A DNA stretch of 64,000 bases from Laetmonice hystrix. Taxonomy: Eukaryota. The stretch lies in assembly GCA_965235115.1 (NCBI GenBank), contig OZ249446.1, forward strand, positions 13,950,001 through 14,014,000, written 5' to 3'. This document shows, piece after piece, positions 1 to 10,869 of the stretch; positions within the stretch are counted from its first letter, which is position 1; the number at the start of each line of letters is the position of its first letter. The notes below the pieces were generated by a model. It saw only the letters and a list, made by a program, of their open reading frames with translations. It ran no database searches and had not been told where the DNA came from. The position numbers and the translations under genes are program-made.

Positions 1-723
1 TTCACTTTTACTCTTGTTTTTCACGTCCGACTTTCCTTGGCCATCGGATACATGTTTACAAATCAAAACAAGTCCTTACAAAATAAGTGACCTTACAAAA
101 TCGACACGAACCTCTGCTGGTGATAGTAGCAAAGGTCCCTCGATTTTCATTATTATTAGTATTCTTCACTTTTTTAATAATATTTTTTCCCGCTGGTGTA
201 GGAGTTTTATTTACCTACTTTTTACTGTTGATAATTATGTGAGTTGGTTTCAGAAGAGAAGTGGGGTCACTCTCGATACACAGTCATTGCCTACAGTTAA
301 TTTCCTAACTACTTACTCCCCACTAGTTTTCTCCTGTCACAAAGTCACACACACACACCAAGACATTTGAGCACTGCTTTCTGTTGAAATATAAAAGTCG
401 TCAGTTATATCAGAAAGGTCTTATTCCAAGTGGTTGACAGGAGCAGAACTGTCAGTAAAGATTTTTTTCGTTTTGTTTGTGTCTTGTTTCAAAGAACTAA
501 GTGTCCAAAACATGAACAGCGCCAAAACACCATATGACAGCATTAAAATGGTGAGGTCCTTTAGGGCTGGCGGTGGTGATTTTACACACCGCACATAGAT
601 GGCGCCATTATAGGCTATCGCTCAGTTTTAAAACGATTATTTAAAAAGATGCTGCCATGTGGGTTGGATCTGTTTTGGCCACTAAGGTCATTAGTTGGTG
701 AAGGAGCCATGTTCGTCGCCTAC

Positions 724-828
724 CGAAGTGCCAGAGAGTTGGAGCTGCCCCATCTGTGCGGCGAGTTGCGGCATCACTTGGTTGGGGTCCATGGTCGGAG
801 TCCCGGGGTGCATTCCCTGTGGCATCAC
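724..828 (-). CDS. RBMS: C-terminal exon (VMPQGMHPGTPTMDPNQVMPQLAAQMGQLQLSGTS)
   Basis: cttgtttcag|GTG ATG...ACT TCG|gtaggc; 105 nt, phase 0-0; LAAQMGQLQL resembles RBMS LAQQMSHLSL. Confidence 0.88.
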
Positions 829-894
829 CTGAAACAAGTCATCTTGAACCTTCATCATCCCGTCCCCCTACGTTATTCATCAGTCATTACAGAG

Positions 895-955
895 TTTATT
901 GGACACTTGCTGCAATCGATGGTCTTCTCCGGCTACTCCAGTTTCCCCATACGAA
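895..955 (+). mobile_element. SINE core fragment
   Basis: CTTGCTGCAA...GGTCTTCTCCGGCTACTCCAGTTTCCCC resembles the common invertebrate SINE motif GGTTTTCTCCGGGTACTCCGGTTTCCTCC; a related copy lies at 37488-37537. Confidence 0.45.
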
Positions 956-1144
956 TTGAACTACAAAAATAACGCCACCATCACTAACCAGGAAGTCGTA
1001 ACTAAAGCTCAAATGAGTTTGCTTCAAACTACGACAAACTAAGATTATGTAGTCTTTATAACAGTTACTGCCGGCTGATTTTCCTCTTCAAACCAACGCC
1101 ATGCAAGGCGTTGGTTTTTGAATGGTACTGTCAGTGTAACTCAC

Positions 1145-1301
1145 GTTAGTGACGGGTTGCTGCATGATGTACTGGCCCGTATGGTGGATCCAACCTGGCA
1201 TCTGGTAGTTAGACACTGGTGTAGTGGCCGCCGGCGTGTAACGGGACAGCACACTAGGGGGCGTCATCACTGTCGGAGCGACACTGTATGGCGAGACCAT
1301 A
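1145..1301 (-). CDS. RBMS: Low-complexity Pro/Thr/Tyr C-terminal exon (MVSPYSVAP...YIMQQPVTN)
   Basis: tttctgtccgcag|T ATG GTC TCG CCA TAC...ACT AAC|gtgagt; 157 nt, phase 2 to 0; SPYS and W..QYIMQ resemble the RBMS C-terminus. Confidence 0.9.
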
Positions 1302-2176
1302 CTGCGGACAGAAACGTCACTACGTCATTATGACGTCATCATAGGGTGGGAGGAGGGAGGGGTCAACCAGGGGTCACTGGGAGAACCAAGACTACAGATA
1401 CTGGCATAACAACTTTGCACTTGGCATTCAGCCTGGAATACAAGAGATAACCTTAATGAATGGAGCTTAATCACTAGGCACGTATTTAAAGGTCAGATGT
1501 CCACGTCACAGACAGGTTGTTTGGTTTTTGTATACTTTTCTTTGCAACGTGCAGACTTGTCTTTCCGGTCCATGAAAAAAACACGGAAAGGTAAAATAAA
1601 AAATATTCGGAACGCTCAGTTTTCATGAACATCCCAGATTTCGTTCAATGTACAAGAATCAATGAAATGTCAATTTTGACACATGTTACCAAATCACTAT
1701 ACAACCAGATGCTGTCAATTTGTATACTGCTACGACAACATCTTTATATCCAATCACGGTGATTATAACAATGACTTCTAATCCACCAATCAGTGCAACT
1801 GATACAAACTACTAATACATGTAAGACTAAGTCGAGACTGTGCAATAGACAAATAACAATATAATACTTAAAATACCAAACAATGTTGTCTACTACATGT
1901 ACTTTACAAATGAAAGCAAACTATCATGTAAAGTAGGCCTACTTTCATTGGCCGTGCTCTGGTAAAACATCTGACCATTTACTGCACATTTCTAATACAC
2001 TTTTTTCATACTGTTGGTTCAGATACATTTGGGACAAATAAATCGATATAAAACCATTGCTGACAACAAACTCCTGTTTTCCAGGAGTCTGGTGCCTCCC
2101 TTGAAATCTGATTATTGCTGCACGCTACAGTGCCTTCCACTTTCTCAGATTTGCATATCTTAGTTCTGTGACTTAC

Positions 2177-2230
2177 TCGTAGATGGCAGCACTCATAGGT
2201 GACCTGTAACCGTCTGACTGGTGCTGCCAT
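2177..2230 (-). CDS. RBMS: 54-nt symmetric (phase 2-2) probable cassette exon (WQHQSDGYRSPMSAAIYD)
   Basis: ttgattttgtttaattctag|A TGG CAG...TAC GA|gtaagt; open in the required frame, and skipping keeps the frame (QNG|MVSPYS). Confidence 0.75.
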
Positions 2231-3107
2231 CTAGAATTAAACAAAATCAATGGGGAATGAAAAGGAAGCCAAAATAATGTAGTGTGACGTCATGGAGCAA
2301 ACAGGAAGTTAGTTTTAATTACAGGTGAAGAGAGAAATAAAGAAATAAATCAGAAATGAGGCAAAGATAGTCGTTAAGGTTTCCATGAATTAAAAATGAA
2401 ACTAAAAGCGGGGATGTGGTGTGGGGAAGTAGAGAGACGTCGGGTGATGTAGCTGTTAACACAAGATAGAAAACAACAATCATACATATATTAAAACGAC
2501 TGATATACGGATGTCAAAATAAGACGAAACTCAACGGCCATGACAATAAAATACAAAAAACTGATATTAAAAACGGTGGAAAGCCACAGCACACGACACA
2601 CTTCCTGTGCCAGCAAACCGTTTATACACACCTGTCGTGTCTAGAGTTCACCCTACAGGTGGGGGGAAAAACAACAACCCGCTGTCAAAATATTGGTACA
2701 CATTGTTTTCTTTTAGTATTCAACACAAAGAACCCAAATAAAGGGTGCGGTACCTGAGCCACACTGTCTATAGTACGAACAATCTACCTTGGTCACCACC
2801 GTCCTTGACCAATCCTAGCCCTCACAGGGAACATGATGCATTCTGGGACGGCCGCTACATCCGGCACGCCCCCCACGACGTTAGCAATTCACCACAATGC
2901 ACCACCCTTGACCTTATACCGTGTATGACAAGCCATCTCTACATAAAACAGGGTGCCTCCACGCCGTCTCACCAACCCATCGTCCTACACACGGTTAGTA
3001 ATAATAAGAATGCAACTTTTTTGGTGTGTGTGTGTGGAGGGGGGGGGAGGTGAAGAAAAAGTGGGAGAGGGGGGCCCTCGCTGGTGGATCCGAGTTCGTC
3101 ATTCCTT

Positions 3108-3227
3108 CCACTAGGTGGCGCTATCTGTAAACCTGTTGTACCTGCTGCCACCAGTTGGTACCTCTCCTCATCACCAGGGGGCGCTTACATCGCAATCCTG
3201 GCGCACATTATTCCCGCTAGGTGACAC
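3108..3227 (+). promoter_or_regulatory. CTCF-like motif cluster
   Basis: CCACTAGGTGGCGC (3108), TCACCAGGGGGCGC (3171) and CCGCTAGGTGACAC (3214), all in the same orientation. Confidence 0.55.
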
Positions 3228-3942
3228 CCTGACCAGTGCAGAGAGGAGGTCGACTTGTCAGCTGGGAATAAGGAAGGTGGGATTGGGAGGTCGGTGGGGA
3301 GGGGTTCTAAAGAGGTCCAGTATGTTAATACTAGTAGTAGTCGCCATGGCCATGGCATGTTATGCACCGATTGGAAAGATATTCTGGACACACACAACAA
3401 AAGGAGGAAATGGTGCCGCTAACAGAACAATAATACTCCTGATCTTACTCTACCTGAAATTGATCCTAAAAATGTCAAATAATTCACACAATATATGTTT
3501 GGTTAATCCACTACGGACCTTGCGCTCTGCGTCAGCCAAGTATACTCTGCACAAAATGTTTTTTTCCCTACCCCTCTGCACAAAGTGGTTTATTCCCACC
3601 CTGTAGTTTATGTTGATATAGATGTACATGTATTGTACTAAGAACAGCACGTTTAAAAAGGATGGGAGCAACTTGTTTGAGGAGAGTATACATAGCACAC
3701 AGGTGACACACATTTCTACGTGACATGTGATAATGACCGTTAGGTCATGTCCATACGATATTATTATAAAAGTCTATTCAATCTTTACCTTTCTTCTTCC
3801 TCTTTTCAATATTTACGCCGAAAACAGATTTCCTATGGCATGGTTTCATCTTTTATGTGTTTTTTTTTTCAAAATTTATTCCTCACAGGTACAGTTAATG
3901 GTTTGGATAATAAAAGACATAAAATACCAAATGTGTACTCAC

Positions 3943-3986
3943 CCGTTTTGTGGTACCGAGGGCTGGTCATAGCCCATTCCCATACC
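3943..3986 (-). CDS. RBMS: 44-nt exon (GMGMGYDQPSVPQNG)
   Basis: cattttgcag|GGT ATG...AAC GG|gtgagt; phase 0 to 2; resembles vertebrate GMTLTYDP...IQNG. Confidence 0.88.
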
Positions 3987-5472
3987 CTGCAAAATGTATT
4001 TAAAAAACACGTGAAAACAGACACATATATTGAAAGTCCACCCTACAGCGGTTCGACCCAAACCGGCCGGACCAAAGGAAATGACAGAGCAGTTTCTGAG
4101 GTCAATACTGACTACCACATTACCGGGAAGATCAACATTTCAGAAAGGAAGTAAGGACTTTTATTATTCGGTTCTACACAATATTGAAATGGGACCTTCA
4201 GGTAGGTATATTTCCGTATTACGTTATCACCTATGGGATCACTGATAATATACATCCTCATCTCAACACAAATATCAAAGGAAGCTACAGGTGTGACAGT
4301 TAGGCCCTAGTTAACGCATGCCAGACGGTCGCCCAAGTCCAAGTACCACAACTAGGTTGTTAATGACGACGAAAAACGTCTCCAAATGCACGACTCATAT
4401 CTCCGCCCTTTCCACCAAGGTATTAACTACTGTCTCGGTTGTAGCTTTAATAAATGCCACCAACCGGTATATCTGATACACGCTCTGGGTACAATAAGTA
4501 ATGTTCTAATCCAAATAAAGGGCATAGCTCTACAATATGACGTATCATTCAAAGTTTACATACTCGATAAACTGGTTCTCAAACCTAAAACTACGACTAT
4601 AAGGTATGCATGTTATGATGTAAGTGTGGTGATGGCTACCACATGCTGGGTGACATACCAGAAACATTTCATGTTATATTCTCCACCATTCGTACAGCTC
4701 TGACTGTCCGTCGTGTAGACTAGGGTTGCTCACCCAGTCAGTCTGGGAAGACATATCTACGCTCCTCTACCGGCTCATTCAGCACCAATAACAGAGTTCT
4801 TTTAGCAGACTCAGATTTCTGCTGGCCGCGAACAATGCTGCAGGACTCTACCATTGTTTATATAGGGTGTGGACTGACTACCATATGGCTGGCATTGTAT
4901 TGACCTACTGACGTTTGGGGTGGGGGTGGGGGGTGGGGTTGTCTTGGGAGTCATGTGACTGCCACGTCCTCCTCCCCATGAAGTCTGTCGGGCTTTCTCA
5001 CTTCTCAACATCGTGGAAAACCCTCACCCACCTTTAAAATGACCTACCATCCCGTATATAACGTATTTATTGTAAGGAATTCAAATATTTCATTTGATTT
5101 CAGAGCAGAAGGGACGGAAGACCGGATACCTTATCCGAGTCCCTTTCTACTGGAGCCAAGTTATGTTAATCCCTCCAAAATTTAAAAATTTAAAAATCTC
5201 AATATTTTAAATCTGTTTGCCATCGTAGATCATGGAAAACTTGAAAGGATAACGTCGTGATACAATGAGACACACAGACAGATCGTCTGCTACTGTTAAT
5301 CCACCCGACCTGATCGTAGTCATTAAATTGTCCTTATAATCCACCGTACCACTACCCAACTCGGCGATTCGACTACCAAGGAATAATTCTAACACCACTT
5401 ACGTAGGTTATTACGCTTGGAATCACAAAGACATCAGCTATCAGACTACAAACCTGACCAGTAACTACTTAC

Positions 5473-5561
5473 GTCTTGCGGCCTGTCAACCCATTGGCGG
5501 CTCTGGTTCTTCTTCTTGTTTCCTCCATCAGCAAATTTCACAGTTAATGTTTCCTTCCAGC
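5473..5561 (-). CDS. RBMS: End of RRM2 and basic segment (GWKETLTVKFADGGNKKKNQSRQWVDRPQD)
   Basis: gattgtag|GC TGG...CAA GAC|gtaagt; 89 nt, phase 1 to 0; KFADGG motif of the RBMS family. Confidence 0.95.
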
Positions 5562-5803
5562 CTACAATCACAACATACACCCTTACATCACCATGACTGC
5601 CAGTCGGCAAACCGTACATTAACACAGGCTATCAGATTATATTCTCTACAGTCATCATTTTTACTCCGATCATCGTCAAATAACCATTTTTTTTGTCAAC
5701 AGACGTGCGGACATACGTAAGGACGGAGCAAATTAGAAGCGTCTGCTGCTCCTAATGGCCGGAGACTAGAATGATAATATTTATGTAAATTCTGGACCGG
5801 TAC

Positions 5804-6023
5804 CTGGCATACACTTTCCGTTGTAATCCTCAATGATTTTCTCACAGGCATCCTTTTGTTGCATACGACAGAATCCCACCCCTCGACTGATTCCGTTAGC
5901 GTTCCGTAATATACGCGTGGACACTACTTGACCGTAAGGTGAGAACATTTCGTCGAGGTCGTTTTCTGACATGTACATGGGAAGGTTAGCGATGTAGAGG
6001 TTCGTCGGGTCTTGTTCTTGTTG
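5804..6023 (-). CDS. RBMS: RRM2 exon ([15 protein letters not shown]...RGVGFCRM...GKCMP)
   Basis: ttgcag|CAA CAA GAA...ATG CCA G|gtaccg; 220 nt, phase 0 to 1. Lies within ORF 5781-6029. Confidence 0.97.
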
Positions 6024-6044
6024 CTGCAAGTAAACGTGATCCGG

Positions 6045-6162
6045 TCAGTAGAGGGCAGCACTGACAGTACAGTCAGCGGTCGGTAGGGGGCAGCACCCAC
6101 AACCCCTACAGCATAGGTTGGCGGGCACCCGGATACAATCAGTGGTCAGTAGGGGGCAGTAC
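6045..6162 (+). promoter_or_regulatory. Three tandem CTCF-like motifs
   Basis: TCAGTAGAGGGCAGCAC (6045), TCGGTAGGGGGCAGCAC (6080) and TCAGTAGGGGGCAGTAC (6146) fit CCASYAGRKGGCRS apart from the first base (plus one further mismatch in the 6080 copy). Confidence 0.5.
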
Positions 6163-6606
6163 ACACAAAATACATGACAATAAATATGTGTTGGGAAAGT
6201 GACACAAACTTTAGATTTTCAAGTTCCTTCCAATAGAAGCTTGACGCCACACAAATCTCCCCGAACTTGCAGAGACGAACCGACCAAACCTTCCCACAAA
6301 AAAGACGGAGGGGATTCGAACCCCAGAAGTTAGAGATCCTTTGGTCAGTGATCACGAAATATAAACTAGAGACCCCTGGGCGACTGTGGCACTCCGACAG
6401 AACCCTCAAAATGTTGAACTTACAACTTGAAAAAAAATAAACAAAACAACCTGTTGACACAGGAGAAACCCGGCGACTCCTCGCGTATAAACATACAGGG
6501 CAGAACCCGCCATTATGTGCTGAGTGCGAGCATGTTGGAATGTCGGTGATATTTTTTATTCCCGTCCGACATTACCGATTAACTGCGGGTGCGCCAGGCA
6601 AGGACG

Positions 6607-8915
6607 CCGGTCATAGGGGACCGCTCCTACCGACGGCACACCGGTCATAGGGAACCACTCCTACCGACGGCACACCGGTCATAGGGAACACCTCCTACCG
6701 ACTCTAACAGCGGCACCCCGGTAATAGGGAACACCTCCTCCCGACGGCACACCGGTCATAGGGAACACCTCCTCCCGACGGCACACCGGTCATAGGGAAC
6801 ACCTCCTACCGACGGCACACCGGTCATAGGGAACACCTCCTCCCGACGGCACACCGGTCATAGGGAACACCTCCTACCGACTCTAACAGCGGCACCCCGG
6901 TAATAGGGAACACCTCCTCCCGACGGCACACCGGTCATAGGGAACACCTCCTCCCGACGGCACACCGGTCATAGGGAACCCCCTAACGACGGCGCACCGG
7001 TCATAGGGAACACCTCCTACCGACGGCACCCGGGCATAGGGAACACCTCCTACCGACGGCACACCGGTCATAGGGAACACCTCCTACCGACGGCACACCG
7101 GTCATAGGGAACACCTCCTCCCGACGGCACACCGGTCATAGGGAACACCTCCTACCGACGGCACACCGGTCATAGGGAACACTTCCTCCCGACGGCACAC
7201 CGGTCATAGGGAACACCTCCCGACAGCACACCGGTCATACGGAACACCTCCTACCGGCGGCACACCGGTCATAGGGAACACCTACCGACGGCACACCGGT
7301 CATAGGGAACACCTCCTCTCGACGGCACACCGGTCATAGGGAACACCTCCTACCGACGGCACACCGGTCATAGGGAACACCTCCTACCGACGGCACACCG
7401 GTCATAGGGAACACCTCCTACCGACGGCACACCGGTCGTAGGGAACACCTCCTCCCGACGGCACACCGGTCATAGGGAACACCTCCTCCCGACGGCACAC
7501 CGGTCATAGGGAACACCTCCTACCGACGGCACACCGGTCATAGGGAACACCTCCTACCGACGGCACACCGGTCATAGGGAACACCTCCTCCCGACGGCAC
7601 ACCGGTCATAGGGAACACCTCCTCCCGACGGCACACCGGTCATAGGGAACACCTCCTACCGACGGCACACCGGTCGTAGGGAACACCTCCTCCCGACGGC
7701 ACACCGGTCGTAGGGAACACCTCCTCCCGACGGCACACCGGTCGTAGGGAACACCTCCTACCGACGGCACACCGGTCATAGGGAACACCTCCTCCCGACG
7801 GCACACCGGTCATAGGGAACACCTCCTCCCGACGGCACACCGGTCGTAGGGAACACCTCCTACCGACGGCACACCGGTCATAGGGAACACTTCCTCCCGA
7901 CGGCACACCGGTCATAGGGAACCCCCTAACGACGGCGCACCGGTCATAGGGAACACCTCCTACCGACGGCACCCGGGCATAGGGAACACCTCCTACCGAC
8001 GGCACACCGGTCATAGGGAACACCTCCTACCGACGGCACACCGGTCATAGGGAACACCTCCTCCCGACGGCACACCGGTCATAGGGAACACCTCCTACCG
8101 ACGGCACACCGGTCATAGGGAACACTTCCTCCCGACGGCACACCGGTCATAGGGAACACCTCCCGACAGCACACCGGTCATACGGAACACCTCCTACCGG
8201 CGGCACACCGGTCATAGGGAACACCTACCGACGGCACACCGGTCATAGGGAACACCTCCTCTCGACGGCACACCGGTCATAGGGAACACCTCCTACCGAC
8301 GGCACACCGGTCATAGGGAACACCTCCTACCGACGGCACACCGGTCATAGGGAACACCTCCTACCGACGGCACACCGGTCGTAGGGAACACCTCCTCCCG
8401 ACGGCACACCGGTCATAGGGAACACCTCCTCCCGACGGCACACCGGTCATAGGGAACACCTCCTACCGACGGCACACCGGTCATAGGGAACACCTCCTAC
8501 CGACGGCACACCGGTCATAGGGAACACCTCCTCCCGACGGCACACCGGTCATAGGGAACACCTCCTCCCGACGGCACACCGGTCATAGGGAACACCTCCT
8601 ACCGACGGCACACCGGTCGTAGGGAACACCTCCTCCCGACGGCACACCGGTCGTAGGGAACACCTCCTCCCGACGGCACACCGGTCGTAGGGAACACCTC
8701 CTACCGACGGCACACCGGTCATAGGGAACACCTCCTCCCGACGGCACACCGGTCATAGGGAACACCTCCTCCCGACGGCACACCGGTCGTAGGGAACACC
8801 TCCTACCGACGGCACACCGGTCATAGGGAACACTTCCTCCCGACCGCACACCGGTCATAGGGAACACTTCCTCCCGACCGCACACCGGTCATAGGGAACA
8901 CCTCCTACCGACTCT
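6607..8915. repeat. 34-bp minisatellite (CCGGTCATAGGGAACACCTCCTACCGACGGCACA), roughly 65-70 units, with a 943-bp higher-order duplication
   Basis: Period 34 read directly (6786, 6820). The rare variant CCCCTAACGACGGCG recurs at 6983 and 7926, and identical ORFs 7606-7806 and 8549-8749 are offset by 943. Confidence 0.97.
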
Positions 8916-8919
8916 CAGA

Positions 8920-9307
8920 GCCGGTGTCGGCATGATATTCCTTCCGATCCTCCGACCGCCCGAGCTTCCGACGATCGGAGGTAAATCGGGGGTCAGGTCG
9001 AAGCGTTCTCATCAGTACTCTCGCGTGCTCACACGAACCGACCGCGTTATCAGACGAACCGATCGACCAACGAACTCACACTATCCAAGAACCCCCGATT
9101 TACCTCCGACTGCCCGATGATGATGATCGATGAAAAGTCTGACACTGTCAAACTTTCCTCGGACTCACCGACCCTCCGATATTGCTCCGACCATCATTAT
9201 CACACGGCACGACCTTGTGCTCACACGGCCCGATATTTGGTCCGATCTCTCTCCGATGTCGGGCGGTCGGAGGATCAGAAGGAAATATCGTGCCGTGTGA
9301 CACCGGC
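8920..9307. mobile_element. Non-autonomous DNA transposon (MITE), about 390 bp, inserted in the minisatellite
   Basis: Imperfect ~45-bp terminal inverted repeats (TIRs): GCCGGTGTC..GGCATGATATTCCTTCCGATCCTCCGACCGCCCGA vs TCGGGCGGTCGGAGGATCAGAAGGAAATATCGTGCCGTGTGACACCGGC. Internal inverted pair TCGGAGGTAAATCGGGGG / CCCCCGATTTACCTCCGA. Target-site duplication (TSD) not resolved. Confidence 0.85.
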
Positions 9308-9310
9308 TTA

Positions 9311-9808
9311 AGAGCGGCACACCAGTCATAGGGAACACTTCCTACCGAGTCTAAGAGCGGCACACCGGTCATAGGGAATCCCTCCTACCGACTCTAAGAG
9401 CGGCACACCGGTCATAGGGAATCTCTCCTACCGACTCTAACAGCGGCACACCGGTAATAGGGAACACCTCCTACCGACTCTAACAGCGGAAAACCGGTCA
9501 TAGGGAACCCCTCCTCCCGACGGCACACCGGTCATAGGGAACACCTCCTACCGACGGCACACCGGTCATAGGGAACACCTCCTATATACCGACTCTAACA
9601 GCGGCACGCCGGTCATAGGGAATCCCTCCTACCGACTCTAACAGCGGCACACCGGTCATAGGGAACACCTCCTACCGACTCTAACAGCGGCACACCGGTC
9701 TTAGGGAACACCTCCTATATACCGACTCTAACAGCGACACACCGGTCATAGGGAACACCGCCTACCGACTCTAACAGCGGCACACCGGTCATAGGGAATC
9801 CCTCCTAC
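9311..9808. repeat. Continuation of the same minisatellite, dominated by the ~42-bp variant (extra CTCTAACAGC)
   Basis: Units CCGGTCATAGGGAA(T/C)(C/A)CCTCCTACCGACTCTAA(C/G)AGCGGCACA seen directly. Confidence 0.93.
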
Positions 9809-10869
9809 CCCCTGCCGTAGCCCCCAACCCCACTCCTCCCCACAAAGAGCAGAGTTACGACGTGGACCCTCGCAGCCACTTGAGGCCAATATTTACTCAC
9901 TTCAGTCTCAAACTTTGTACTTCTGGTCACGTTGCCAGTATCAGCTGACTGAACCGTCAGCTGCGGCCAGTCGGACTGGCATGCCACAGCGATGTGTTTG
10001 CTTTCTCCGCCGTCAACTTTGGCGCCGCTCCTGTTTCCTTTTAAGCAGTACCTACAATTTCTGTTTATTCCTGTGTGGTCCTCCAAACGACGACGTGGGC
10101 AGGCTTTCTTACGAAATTCTCTGCAATTTCCATTTCCCGGGTAGTGGTGTCTCGAGGGCTCAGCCAGCCGACAGACGGTGGAGCCCCCCCCCCCTCCCCT
10201 TTTTAATCCAGGATCAGTTAGGGCGAACAGAACGGTGAACACAGACCCTAGCACTGTTCTCCAGTGGTTTACATACCTGAAGATTATACTTAATAAGAGT
10301 GGCAGCTTCACCCCATAGCACCAAGATATCGTGGAGGGGTCTGCTGGTAGGGAAAGAGGATGCCCCCCGTGTCTCTTGTACCTTATTTATATATTCTCCT
10401 TGTTTTTGTAATTTACCTCATATACCTGCGGTTACAGTGGGGGTAGGAGCCAATTTTGGAGTAAAGTTCCCCCTAGACCTTTCTGAATTGACCATGTTGG
10501 ACCACCCCAATTGCCAGATTTCCCTCAGTTTCCAAAATCACTTTCCAAAATCCTGGACTCGTCCCTGACATGTGTCGGACAGACTTCCGAGATGGTCCAA
10601 CAAGTAGCACGTCCTGGACACGTTCTATCCGAAGTGACAAGTCGCTGTCACATGCGACAGATGAGATGTCATCAACAAGTTGACGGTCTCTCTTCTTGAC
10701 ATTCATCAAGACAAGTCTGTTGGCAACTTTTCTGTCAGACAATATTCCCTGTCACGACAACGTGTTGGCTCCGGGTTGGTTCTTGGTAGAGTGTTGCTGA
10801 CTGGCTCTGGGTTGTGTGTCAAGTCTCCAGGGTTTCCTGAAGGCCCGTTTTGTGTGTGTGTTATTTAAG

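Noticed and set aside
3443-3470. 5-nt exon or ratchet site TTTCAG|GTAGA|GTAAGA
   Set aside because: Weak tract with a nearby upstream AG; the 44-nt exon at 3943-3986 already supplies the needed phase change.
6883-8885. ORFs such as MFPMTGVPSVGG...
   Set aside because: Products of the 34-bp minisatellite.
6607-9808. 30-40-bp repeat arrays as CRISPR (also 41700-42290, 56590-57822, 59010-60190)
   Set aside because: Head-to-tail units with no unique spacers, no cas genes, and a spliceosomal gene context.
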